Positions 1-12,741 are shown, numbered from the stretch's first letter. The stretch is 64,000 bases of DNA from Octopus vulgaris (GCA_951406725.2 OX597816.1:63178001-63242000), one strand, 5' to 3'. Numbers and translations: made by a program. The notes: a model not told the origin generated them from the letters alone.

Positions 1-430
1 TTTAGTATCCGCAGTAAACTTAAACTGAAATAAAACTCCACCTCAAATCAGTCATTTAATGAAGTTTCCCTGTAATTTTCATCTTTGAATATTCGTTTTT
101 TCCGTGATCCCGTGTGTTTAATGCAGTAAAATGTAGGACTAGAAATTAGAGAAGAAGTCTTTCAGCATATCTCGACAAGACTACACAAACTCTACGCTTC
201 TCATATCAAGAAATTATCGTTGCATCATTGAATCCTCTCCTCACTAATATGCGAAAAGCCGGCTGAAGTAAACGTCTAAGTGGTTCACCGTTCTACAGAC
301 ATACAATACTTTTAATGTAATTCATATGCAGACTCAGTGTGACACACCCGATTTCATTCACAAAGAAGTCGACCCGAGGCTATAGAAATTGTTTGTGTTA
401 GATGCCTTGTGGCGGAAACCTAAAGAACAA

Positions 431-853
431 AGGTGGCGAGCTGGTAGGAGCGTTAGCACGCCGGGCGAAATGCTTGGCGGTATTTCGTCTGCCTCTACGT
501 TCTGAGTTCAAATTCCGCCGAGGTCGACTTTGCCTTTCATCCTTTCGGAGTCGATAAATTAAGTACCAGTTACACACTGGAGTCGTTATAATCGACTTAA
601 TCCATTTGTCTGTCCTTGTTTGTCCTCTCTGTGTTTAGCCCCTTGTGGGTAGTAAAGAAATAGGTATTTCGTGTGCCGTTACGTTCTGAGTTCAAATTCC
701 GTCGAGGTCGACTTTGCCTTTCATCCTTTCGGGGGCGATTAAATAAGTACAAGTTATGCACTGGGGTCGATATAATCGACTTAATGCGTCTGTCTGTCTG
801 TCCTTGTTTGTCTCTGTGTTTAGCCCCTTGTGAGTAGTAAAGAAATAGGTATA
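431..853 (+). mobile_element. tRNA-head SINE family A, head-to-tail dimer (full copy plus 5'-truncated copy)
   Basis: Pol III-like head (ggcgagctggtagga...gagttcaaattcc) and core gaggtcgactttgcctttcatcctttcggggtcgat...aagtac occur twice; flanked by direct repeat aaagaacaa (422-430, 854-862); further copies elsewhere in the window. Confidence 0.85.
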
Positions 854-1242
854 AAAGAACAACTTTCAAGAACAATAATAGGTTATTGACGTAGAAAGTT
901 GTAGGCTTTTTCCCATATCGAAGTTCGATGAGCTGGAAAAAGTTTTTTTTTATAGTTCACAGTTAGGAACTAGGGTAGCTATGAATGCAAATAAATATTC
1001 AAATTGAGGTAGAGGAGCAGGTGAAAATCCAGGCTACATGTTTCCTACCTGGCAGATCCTTGGAAGTGGTAATTACTCAGTGTAGGATAGTCCACTTGCT
1101 ACTCACCTGGTTGAAGTTATAATTACATGAAGGTTATGTTGTTGTTAAGGAATCCCAAGTTAACTTGCCAGAGGTATAATTTAAAATTTTACCTGCTCCT
1201 CTCCCTCAGTTTGGATATGTGTGTGTGTGCATATATATATAG

Positions 1243-1412
1243 GGAGGGTTTACGAAAAAAACAAAAGACGATGACAGCTGGTGTACAAAACAAACAGATG
1301 TATTAGTATAACGTTCAGGAATAGAGAAAGTATTTTACGTTTCGAGCCTACACTCTTCTACAGAAAGGGATACAGAAAAAAAAACAACGAGAGAAACAAG
1401 GAGAGAAAAAAA
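1243..1412 (-). mobile_element. Short repeat family F carrying a variant hammerhead-like motif
   Basis: Near-identical to 4055-4243, 18948-19110 and 29285-29645; minus strand reads ctgtaga-agagtgtaggctc-gaaacgta at ~1331-1368. Confidence 0.7.
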
Positions 1413-1559
1413 TGTGTGTGTGTGTATATATATATATATCATCATCATCATCATCATCATCGTTTAACATCCGTTCTCCATGCTAGCATGGGTTGGACTG
1501 TTCGACCGGGGATCTGGGAAGCCAGAAGGCTGCACCAGGCTCCAGTCTTATCTGGCAAT

Positions 1560-1658
<99 letters not shown>

Positions 1659-2168
1659 AATAAGAAAATGGAAGGGATCAATGGGTGGTTCATCAACTTT
1701 TAGACATTATATTATGTCAACTTATTTATTTATTTTCTAAAATGACAATTACAAGAATATACATACATGTATAACATATTATGCTTTACATATTTCGGGT
1801 GGTGTATTTACATAGATTCTGCCATTTTGGCGGGATCTAAGTGCATACACATTTCTTTGACTATTTTCATTTGATGATGGGCCACTGAACTCAAAATATA
1901 AAGGTTTATCAAAAGCATTCTGCATCGTTAGAAGCTTTCTTCATTTCTCATTCCATTCATTTTTCTATTTCTGTACCATACTGCTTCAAGTGAACTGCAA
2001 CACTCTTCGTGCATTCATACATACATACACACATACACAGACTCAAACATACATGCATACACATACTCAAAACCACATGCACACACTCTAAAAAACACAT
2101 GCACACACACACACACGCTTTTATGAAAACTGTTACTCAGAGTTTCAATGTAACCATTCATCAGATGA

Positions 2169-2565
2169 TAGGAGTGGCTGTGTGGTAAATAGCTTGCTTA
2201 CCAACCATATGGTTCCAGGTTCAGTCCCATTGCGTGGCACCTTGGGCAAGTGTCTTCTACCATAGTCTCAGGCCGACCAAAGCCTTGTGAGTGGATTTTG
2301 TAGACGGAAACTGAAAGAAGCCCATCGTATATATATATGTATATGTATATATGTGTGTGTGTTTGGATGTCTGTGTTTGTCTCCCCAACATCGTTTGACA
2401 ACAGATGCTGGTGTGTTTACGTCCCCGTAACTTAGCGGTTTGGCAAAAGAGACCGATAGAATAAGTACTAGGCTTACAAAAAATAAGTCCTGGGGTCGAT
2501 TTGCTCGACTAAAGGCGATGCTCCCTCATGATCACAGTTAAAAGACTGAAACAAGTAAAAGAGTA
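2169..2565 (+). mobile_element. tRNA-head SINE family B
   Basis: A/B-box-like head (tggctgtgtggt...ggttcagtccc), internal (TA/TG)n, 3' end gactgaaacaagtaaaagag; many copies in the window. Confidence 0.85.
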
Positions 2566-2689
2566 ACATATGTATGTATATATAGTAAATTAAAAAAAAA
2601 AGCAGGGGAAAAAGACAAGTACAAAGCAACAATGCAAGGACGTAGCATATGCAAAGTATTAACAAAGTCCTCAGAGAAGGAAAGAGAGG

Positions 2690-2850
2690 TTGTTTTATGT
2701 TTTGAGCACAGCTCTTCTTTGGAAACAGGAGACTTAGTAAAGTCCAAAAGAAAAGTAGAAGGCAAGAGTGATTGTTTTATGTTTTGAGCTCAGCGCTTGT
2801 TTGGAAACAAGAGACTTAGGAAAGTCCAAAAGAAAAGGAAGAAGGAAGAA
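2690..2850. repeat. Two tandem 82-bp units resembling a decayed family F hammerhead motif
   Basis: ttgttttatgttttgagc...ggaaacaggagacttag...aagtccaaaagaaaag starts at 2690 and again at 2772. Confidence 0.65.
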
Positions 2851-2901
2851 AAAAATCACCAACAGTCCACATGCAGTTACTTTTTTATACTTATATATAT
2901 A

Positions 2902-2939
<38 letters not shown>

Positions 2940-2941
<2 letters not shown>

Positions 2942-3245
2942 AGGCGCAATGGCCCAGTGGTTAGGGCAGCGGACTCGCAGTCGGAAGATCGCGGTTTCGA
3001 TTCCCAGACCGGGTGTTGTGTGTGTTTATTGAGCGAAAACACCTAAAAGCTCCACGGGGCTCCAGCAGGGGGTGGTGGTGACCCCTGTTGTACTTTTTCA
3101 CCACAACTTTCTCTTACTCTCTCTTCATGTTTCTTGAGTAACGCTGTAATGGACTGGCATCTCGTCCAGCTGGGTGGTGGGGGGAAACACATACACCACA
3201 GAAACCGGGAGACCAGGCCCATGAGCCTGGCTAGGCTTGAAAAGG
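2940..3245 (+). mobile_element. tRNA-derived SINE family D
   Basis: A box tggcccagtgg and B box ggtttcgattccc followed by a ~240-bp body; homologous copies at 28505-28812 (-) and 42781-43058 (+). Confidence 0.85.
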
Positions 3246-3851
3246 GCTACGTTTATCGTTTTATATATATATATATTTATAATTTGGCAAATCCCATCAA
3301 AGAAATTGATGTGTTTAATGCTTGTGTGAACCTCTGTCCTGTTGTATCAATAAAATAAGGGCCAGAACCAAAGTTAAATAAATACTGGCATTGATATGAA
3401 CAATTTATAAATCCTGAAAGTTGGTGGTTCCCTCTGCATGGCATAGCACAGTGCAGTGATTGAAACCAGTTAAAATATTTGAATTCAAAAACTGTATCAG
3501 ATTAATAAACCCAATGCATTGCCATTTGAATATTTCCCCGTTATTTCTGAGTGTTTTCGTTATTTACATCAAAAACACTGTTGATTTATGTATTGGTATG
3601 ACAAAGGTATCTTCACCTGCTGGAATATTGCCATTTTTATATATTGCTATATTATTATTCAATGTCACTATTTTTTGCCTAAAGACAGAATAGATGAACA
3701 CATACACACACACACACACACACACGATATGGTGTGACTCTTTGTGTTTGGTGTATGTAGCTGTATGTGTTCACATGTATCTGTGTCTTTATATAAGTGT
3801 ACATGTGTGCAGATACATGTGTTATGTAAATACATGTATAGTGTATGATTG

Positions 3852-3918
<67 letters not shown>

Positions 3919-3921
3919 ATA

Positions 3922-3964
<43 letters not shown>

Positions 3965-4107
3965 CTCTCAACCTTGAACTTGTTCGTATAAACTGTCCCG
4001 TTCGTTTTATTTTATTTTCTCATATATTATCTTTTTTTACATTCATTTCATCTTCTGCACGCATTTTTTTTCTCTCCTTGTTTCTTTCCGTGTTTCTTTT
4101 CTGTGTA

Positions 4108-4145
4108 TCTTTCTGTTGAAGAGCGTAGGCTCGAAACGTAAAAGA
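4108..4145 (+). ncRNA. Minimal type I hammerhead-like motif with A6U core variant (family F)
   Basis: tcttt-CTGTTGA-a-gagc(gtag)gctc-GAAA-cgTA-aaaga: 5-bp stem I, 4-bp stem II, palindromic ACGT stem III. Confidence 0.55.
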
Positions 4146-4241
4146 CTTGTTTTATTTATATTCCTGAGCGCCATACTAATACAATTGTTTGTTTGTATTC
4201 CACCTGCCTTCGTCTTTTGTTTATTTTCATAAAGCTTCCTG

Positions 4242-4296
<55 letters not shown>

Positions 4297-4479
4297 TCAT
4301 CATCATCATTTAATATCCACTTTCCATGCTGGCATGGGTTAGACGGTTTGACTGATGACTGGTGAGCCAGAAAGCTGCACCAGGCTCCCATCTGATCTGG
4401 CAAGCTTTCTACGGCTGGATGCCCTTCCACTCTGAAAGTGTAGTGGGTACTTTTCACATGCCACCGGCATGTTTTCTGC

Positions 4480-4700
4480 AGCTGTACTAAACTGGGTTTT
4501 ATGAGTTTTCTCCTCTATCCACCTGTTCAGGTCTTTAGGGATAATTCCCAATGGAACCTACAGCAGCTGGGATACATTTTACCCACACTTTCCATAGTCT
4601 CTGTAATTCGATAGCCAGGGCCTGGTACTTTGTTATTTTTTCTATACTTCTCATATTAATGTTAACATCATTTGGGACTGTAAAGTCAATTATCTGACAC
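4480..4700 (-). pseudogene. Restriction-like endonuclease (RLE) domain fragment of an R4/Dong-type non-LTR retrotransposon
   Basis: Manual translation: CQIIDFTVPNDVNINMRSIEKITKYQALAIELQRLWKVWVKCIPAAVGS / frameshift / LGIIPKDLNRW; fits the RLE C-terminal pattern IID..VP.D....EK..KY..LA.E..RLW....IP..VG..G.IPK.L. Confidence 0.75.
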
Positions 4701-4941
4701 TCCCCCTTTTGACCAGGCTCCCGTGGCTTTTATGGGTTTTTCCACCAGAAACCTTTCGTAACGCCTCCCCCTATTGGGAGTTTTTCGTTGTTATAATTTT
4801 TCGTTGTTACACTGTTTTTACACGTTTTTTTTACAAACGGACAAAACCCTTTGTAACTTTCGTCCTGTGTTTTGTCCCTTTATGTTATAATTAAGTTTTG
4901 TCAGACCTTGTGGCCAATAAACGAACGAATTATTATTATCA

Positions 4942-4994
<53 letters not shown>

Positions 4995-5580
4995 GAGTGA
5001 GAGAGCAGTGCATGCCATCAAAGTGACACTGGGGTAAAATATACGAAGCCCAATATACCCATCATGACTACCCGTCTGATAAAGGTACACCAGGCACATG
5101 CATCACAACCATATGTGCGCGACATGGTGATCTCATATCAAGATAAACAGCACATGACCTTGCAGGTGGGGCCCAGTTAGAATTTTCTTCAGGTTGAGTA
5201 GCCCATTCCGCTCAAAAGGTCCCCGAATAAGGGTTGTTTAAGGATGTTGAAAGAACCACCCATGTTTCCAGAGGTGAATTATTCAAACCCCAAAAATCCC
5301 TCTCAACACATGGCTATGATGCTCCCCCACTACTTCTGCTCGTGATCAGAGATGCACATATCGTCAGCCACTAAGGGACATGCTCAACTGGTTAAGGTCA
5401 AACAACTGACAAGCAAATTTGTGGTATTGAGCAGAATATTTGCTGTAGCCCATCTTTTATACCAAGACAAAACAATGTACATGATAACACTTCCAATAAG
5501 TTAAGATCAGAAGCCATGAGAGCCACTGCCTGGTACTGCATCAGGGCATTTATTACTGCATCAGGGCATATTTGGTACTG
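4995..5580 (-). mobile_element. ~580-bp non-coding insertion embedded in (TAA)n, possibly a non-autonomous retroposon
   Basis: Complex, more GC-rich sequence flanked on both sides by long (ATT)n arrays; short duplication of tactgcatcagggcat at the right end; no useful ORF. Confidence 0.5.
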
Positions 5581-5609
5581 CATTATTATTATTATTATCA
5601 TTATTATTA

Positions 5610-5675
<66 letters not shown>

Positions 5676-5718
5676 TTATATCTATAAGAATGCCATATTA
5701 ATATGGCGATAACAATTA

Positions 5719-5804
<86 letters not shown>

Positions 5805-6787
5805 CATTATTATTATTATCATTATTATTATTATTAATGTTGTTGCTGTTATTTTTTAACATTCTGATTTCAAAAGCCACCGAGGTCAACTTTGCCTTTT
5901 TCACCCTTTCAGGGGACAATAAAATAAGTACCAGTGATACACGATGTAAATAAGCTTCACCCTCACTCCCTCGAATTTCTGGCCTTGTGGTGCCCAAATT
6001 GGAAACAATAATTATTAATCATACCATTGTTATTCTTCTTCTTCTTGTTCTTCTTCTTCCTATTACAGTCTTTATCATTTGTTATTACATGTATGACGGT
6101 GTTTTCTATTTGTTATGATCTTCTTTCCTGTACAGTCATAATATTTTTTCTTTTCTAGGATTGTAATGTTTATTTCCATGTTATATGGATAAGGTTAGGA
6201 ATATCTTTTCTTCTCCGTCATGTCTTTCATTGTAGTTGTTGCTGTTGTTGTTGTTGTCGTTGTTACTGTTTACCATTCCTCTCTTGTGTTTCAATGTTTG
6301 TTTGCGTTTTCTTTTTAAAAAAAATTTTTTTTTTGTTTTGTATTTCCGTATTTTGTTTTCGTGTTGTTGTTCCTGAAATGTCTGTCTCTATGGACCTGTT
6401 TTTGTCAACCCCCCACCCTAAACTTTTCTTTTACAAATGTGTTGTTTTGTTTTGTTTTGACCTTCTTTGTGTGTGTTTTTGTCTTTTTTCCCTTCACACA
6501 TGTTTGGTGACATATGTCTTTTACCGGCTTTCCTTGTCTTTAATTTTTAGCTGTTTGTTTATGGAAACATGCTTTTATGCTTCTCTTTCTCTCTCTCTCT
6601 CTCTCTTTCCCTCTCTCTTCTCTCTCTCTCTCTCTCTCTACAACTTTTCTAATTAATGCTATGTCAATTTCTTTATTAACCAATGAGGTTGAGAAAAAGA
6701 CGGGACAATACGAGGACAGACAAAACAAACATCGGGGTCAGGGTATCGAATGAGACGAAACGTATGAATAAATAAACATTTAAAATA

Positions 6788-7336
6788 TATACAAGTATAT
6801 TTGCCACTGAAATATGGCTAAGCGCTAAGGATGGATGCTACTGTACCTTGTAGCCTCAGGAGAACATCTTTGGGGCTACAAGCTACAAGCTACAGTAGCA
6901 TCCACCCTTAGTGCTTAGCCACATTTAAGTGGCAAATATACTTCACATTGTCATGCAGCTACTGTTTTTACTTCGTTCAGAGATTTATTATTGTTTAAAA
7001 AATATACAATTAAATGAAGCGGAGGATGCGGTCGACCCCACAAACCACATACTCACACTGAGTATACAAGTATATTTGCCACTGAAATATGGCTAAGCAC
7101 TAAGGATGGATGCTACTGTACCTTGTAGCCTCAGGAGAACATCTTTGGGGCTACAAGCTACAAGCTACAGTAGCATCCACCCTTAGTGCTTAGCCACATT
7201 TAAGTGGCAAATATACTTCACATTGTCATGCAGCTACTGTTTTTACTTCGTTCAGAGATTTATTATTGTTTAAAAAATATACAATTAAATGAAGCGGAGG
7301 ATGCGGTCGACCCCACAAACCACATACTCACACTGA
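6788..7336. repeat. 275-bp tandem duplication; each unit contains a ~150-bp foldback palindrome
   Basis: 6788-7061 and 7063-7336 differ at about one base; aagtatatttgccact...agtggcaaatatactt is self-complementary within each unit. Confidence 0.9.
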
Positions 7337-7669
7337 AGACTTTGCTTTCTCCCTTTTTATATTCTCGTTTAGACAGGTTCTTTAACTCGCAACATACTTG
7401 CTATAGACTTCCATCTTTTGCGAAACACACTTTGCAACAGGCATTCAGATTTATTTATAACTGATGATATTGCTGAATTTGGTACCACAAAGTCCCAAGA
7501 AGGATCTTCAACAGAAATTGGTTAAGAAACCCCTCTTCTCCTAGCATAAAACTCCCTTGTTCATAGTCTTGTGAGTTGCATGGTGACCTCAGTAGAGCCG
7601 GTGGCATGAAAAAATTAAGGACCCAGTACATACTGTTAAGTAGATAGCATTAAGAAGGGTATCCAGCTG

Positions 7670-8287
7670 GTGAAATTTTTTTTCCCACGAGAGTTCCATA
7701 CCCCAGTAATGAACTCATTTGCATACAGCTAATCAGAGCGTACCTCGACCTTGTTGTCAAGTTAACAAAGGTTGCCTAGATGTAAAGCCCAACATAACAT
7801 TCATGAATGTGTTAAAAACAACCAATCTCTTTGTAAAACGCACTCTACCAAGTAAACTCAAGATGAAGAGCAGTCGGCCGATTGCCAAATTATGCCAGAT
7901 TTTAGAAGGAGACGAGTAATTAGATAGATTTGCATCTATACCTATTATCGGATTTTGTTAGGGCCCCATATGGAAAAGATGAGGGTGAGAAAAATGTGGG
8001 TAGAGGGTGATGTGCTAGCAACCCTCTCTTTTTACTGTTTTGCAAAGTAAACAACAAAGTAACAAATAACTAAGCAGAGTCAGCCATGGTTGAAACAAGA
8101 ACAAGAACTACAAGCATTATTAAAAAAGAAAAAAGCATGGTCATTCCTTACCCAAGTGACCTTATCTTATCGCCCATCACTTGTTATGCATTCGTAAATT
8201 AGTTTGATAGTTGAGCTCTGATTGGCTGTATGCAAATGAGTTCATAACTGGGATCCGGAACTCTCGTGGGAAAAAAAAAAATTTCTC
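7670..8287. mobile_element. MITE with ~70-bp TIRs and a degenerate 9-bp TSD (Mutator-like by inference), inserted into a family C SINE
   Basis: TIRs 7670-7739 and 8215-8287; flanks atccagctg / atccaacta (7/9 match); host SINE resumes at 8288. Confidence 0.75.
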
Positions 8288-8388
8288 ATCCAACTATAGA
8301 AATCCTGTCCAAGTAGACATACTGTCCTGGGATCCATCAGATCCTGTCAAACCATCCAACCCATGCCAGCATGGGACATCGGCCTTAA

Positions 8389-8514
8389 ATGATGATGATG
8401 ATGACGATGATGATGATGATGATGATGGTGATGGTGATGATGGTGATAATGTTGATGATGATGATGATGATCGTGATAATGTTGATGATGATGATGATGA
8501 TGATGGTGATAATG

Positions 8515-8545
<31 letters not shown>

Positions 8546-8580
8546 TGATAATGTTGATGATGATGATGATGATGACGATA
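8389..8580. repeat. Expanded (GAT)n tail with higher-order ggtgataatgtt units
   Basis: Read directly; source of the poly-D/S/H/M ORFs in the track. Confidence 0.9.
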
Positions 8581-9504
8581 AAAAGCTAGTGGGTATACCA
8601 CTTGAGAACAATACTTAAGTCAGACAAGCATACTTGTGCACATACGCATGTGGATGTTGGATGTGCAGCATGGAATTACATCTTCTTTGTGCACTGTGCC
8701 AACAAGTATTGGCATTTGGAACCTCAATGCCAAAATCTGAAGATTTGTTATTTTTATTGGGAAAATTAGGCAGCAGGAAACTACCATCTTTTGCATTTTA
8801 CTTTTTTACTGGTCCCTCTTGCTGGACTGCAGCCATGTCAGAGCACTATCTTGAAAGATTTTGGTGAAATGAACCAACCCCAGCACTTAATGTTTACTTT
8901 TAAGTCCAATATACTCATTCTGTCTATCTCTTTTGCTGAACTGTTATAGGGTTGTAGAAATAACAAATAACTATGCCATCAGTGAAGTAGAATAAGTGTG
9001 TGTATGTGTATGTGTATGTGTATCGGTCACTTCATGTAATTACATATATGATCATATGTGTAACTTAATTAAATTATATATGTATATACATCATATATAC
9101 AGTCTATATATATATGTATATCGATCTGTATATCTATCTATCTCTCTGTCTATCTTCGCATATACGTATATATATGTGTGTGTGAGAGGGTATGTATGTA
9201 AGTATGTATGTATGTTTGTATGTATGTATGTTTGTATGTATGTATGTATGTATGTATCTATCTATATATATATCTATCTTTCCATCCATATATCTATATA
9301 ATTACACATGCAACAATTCCTAGTTAAGAGATTGCAGAATCGTTAGCAGGCCAGACAAAATACTTAGTGGTATTTCATCTGTCTTCGTGTTCTGAGTTCA
9401 AATCCTTTAGAGGGGACAGGGATGTGAATAAATCAAGCGGGGGTCAATGTCATCGACTAGTCTCCTCCCCACAAATTTCAGGTCTTGTGCCTTTAGTGGA
9501 AAGG

Positions 9505-9549
<45 letters not shown>

Positions 9550-9766
9550 GAGGTAGTGAGCTTCCAAAATTGTTAGAATGCCAGGTGTAATGCTTAGTGG
9601 CATTTTGTCTGTCTTCATGTTCTGAGTACAAATTCCACTGAAATCCATTTTCCCTTTCATCCTTTTGGGGTCAGTAAAAAATGTACCAGTGAAATATTGG
9701 TGTCGATGTCATCAACTAGTCCTCCCCTACCACCAAATCACAGGTCTTGTGCCTTTAGCAGAAAAG

Positions 9767-9826
<60 letters not shown>

Positions 9827-10217
9827 TTTATCGTTATTATTATTATTACTATTTCATTACAGAAATTGCCATTAAAATTCTTTTCCTCGTCTGACCAAAC
9901 TTTGATGCCATCTGTACAGTTACCTGCATTTCTAACTCATTGCTAACAGCGAAGGAAGGGAATAGCCACTAAAATGTTAAGAATGCCGGAAATGATGCAT
10001 AACCAGTCTAGTTTCACAGATGTATTGTGCAATTGGTTATTCTCTTCTCATGTCTGTCCATCCTCCCACCACCACCACCACCACCACTCTCGCTGCCAAC
10101 CTCTTGCTCTTCTGAATTTTATATTTGCTGTTTTCGGCTTTTATTTTCTTTTATTTAACATTCTTCTTCTGTTAAACACTCTTTCTTCCTTGCTATTATA
10201 TCAGCTGTATATCTTAC

Positions 10218-10249
<32 letters not shown>

Positions 10250-10303
10250 GTGTTTAACAGAAGAAGAATGTTAAGAGAAAAAAAAGACGAAAACAGCAAA
10301 TAT

Positions 10304-10369
<66 letters not shown>

Positions 10370-10390
10370 TATGTATATATAGATATATAG

Positions 10391-10421
<31 letters not shown>

Positions 10422-10489
10422 TGTGTGTATATATGTATATATGCACATACACCCATATACTCAAATATACCCATTCATATATATTTATA

Positions 10490-10730
10490 TCATCATCATC
10501 ATCGTTTAACATCCGTTTTTCCATGCTAGCATGGGTTGAACGGTTCGACCGGGGTCTGGGAAGCCAGGGGGCTGCACCAGGCTCCAGTCTGATCTGGCAG
10601 TGTTTCTACAGCTGGATGCCCTTCCTAACGCCAACCACTCCATGAGTGTAGTGGGTGCTTTTTACATGCCACTGGAACAGGGACCAAAGGGAGCTGGCAA
10701 CGGCCACAGTCGGTTGGTGCTTTTTACATA
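10490..10730 (-). mobile_element. SINE family C with (GAT)n tail
   Basis: catcatcgtttaac...ccatgctagcatgggtt...ctacagctggatgcccttcctaacgccaaccact is shared with many copies. Confidence 0.8.
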
Positions 10731-11010
10731 ATGAATATATATATGTGTGTGTGTGTGTATATATTTATGTTTGTATATATATGTATACAAATATGCACAC
10801 GCATACACACACGCACGCATATGTGTGTGTTTATATATATATATATATATATATGTAAAATTATAAATAAGGGCAAAGAAAAAATTTTCTTTCCCTATAT
10901 GTTGAAGATAGATGCTAAATCATCTAACCACATTAAATATTTTGACTGTTATTATATACATACACACACACATATTTATATAGGTTTTTATGCATATATA
11001 TTCATATATC

Positions 11011-11067
<57 letters not shown>

Positions 11068-11284
11068 ATATATAAATATGTATATATATCTATATATCTA
11101 TATATATATATTTAAATATAAATGTATATATATGTATATATATAAAATATATATGTATAAATATGTATGTATATATATGTAGATAAATATATATGTATAT
11201 ATATATGTGTATAAATATATATATGCATAAGTATATATGTAAATATATGTATATAAATATACATGTGTATATATGTGTGTGTGG

Positions 11285-11321
<37 letters not shown>

Positions 11322-12696
11322 AATATATATGTACATATATAGATAAATATATATGTATATATATATAGATAAATTATGTATATATATTGATAAACATATA
11401 TGTATATATACAAATAAATAAATATGTATATATATGTACATATATGTATATGTATGGAGAGAGAGAGAGAGATATGTATATGTATATTCTTCCTCACATC
11501 TCTCCCTTCTCTCTTCTGTCCCTCTCTTCTTCGTTCCCTCCATCCAATCTCCCTCCTCTCCTTTCACATCCCTCACACTCTATCCCTTACTGTTATTACA
11601 TTACCAACCACCTTGCTATATTTCATTGAATGTCAAATGACATGGCAATGTCTCAGTGCTTTCATCATTCGTTTATCATTTTCCTGTTTGCCATTAACCT
11701 TTCCATTCCATCTTCATCCAATACCATTATGAAATTACCAATGGTATGAGTAAGAGTGCTTTTGATTGCAGCGATTTCCCCATTCATTTTCTACTCCCCC
11801 CCTTTTTTTTCTTCATTGTCTTTCCTGTGTGTCCATGTGTTCATATATGTGTCTGACTGTATGTATGTTTGTGTGTATGACTGTGTGTGTGTGTTTTAGC
11901 GATTGTGTGTGTGTATGATACAAAGGTGTGTGCATGTAGGTGCATGTACTCTACATAGGATTGTGATTAGTGACTTTAGAGTAAGAGCCAGGTGATTTTA
12001 GAGATGGATGGCATTTTGGTAAAGGAAAACATGGAAGCTAAAAGAAGTCTTCATGGATTGCAGGTTCAGAGAAATTTCTAGTTGAATGTTTTACGACTAA
12101 AGAGAGAGAAGAGATAGCAGCTCGTAACTCAGAGAAAACTAGAAGTTTCTTTAAGACAACAAACAGAGGGCTACTAACTAGAACTGTGGCTGGTGCCAAA
12201 GTCCATGGCAAATGCAAACAGAGATGAGGGTGGAGTAAGGTTAAGGATTTGGATGTAGAGGTTTTATTGTAACCAGACTGAGATAGCGGCTGCTATCAAT
12301 CAGCTTCAGTTATTGTCAAGCAAATGCTATTTTGAAAGAAATCTTGGCAACAGTTGAGAGGGTCGGTCATTGGATATGGCTGAAAATGGATGGTGAAATC
12401 TGGCTGATGTGTGTGTGTGATGAAATCTGGCTGATGTGTGTGTGTGAGGCAGGTACTTGTGTGCCTATACGGCTAGTCAGACCAGCTTAGCTCCCCAATC
12501 TGAATAGTGGTAATGATCCCAAAATGGATTTAAGAGTGAATTAGTTGATCCATTAGGGAGTGGGGGCCTGACATCATTGGTGGTTATGATGTGTGCTGTA
12601 AAGCCATTGAGAGAATGGCCCAGAAATGGTGTGCATTAATTTCTGATGACTCCTGAGACATACTGACTCCTGAGTCCTGACACAAGCAATCCAACC

Positions 12697-12741
12697 CTTG
12701 CTATCTGTAAGAGGGTTTCCAACCCTCTTACAGATAGCAAG
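12697..12741. repeat. Perfect 21-bp inverted repeat with a 3-nt loop
   Basis: cttgctatctgtaagagggtt-tcc-aaccctcttacagatagcaag. Confidence 0.9.

Noticed and set aside
2940-3012. tRNA gene
   Set aside because: Has A and B boxes but no complete cloverleaf, and continues into a multi-copy SINE body.
6159-6193. Small AG...GT exon candidates (also 15090-15190, 16676-16736, 21128-21156)
   Set aside because: Splice-like signals are common in AT-rich DNA, the peptides are unrecognisable, and no consistent gene model could be built.
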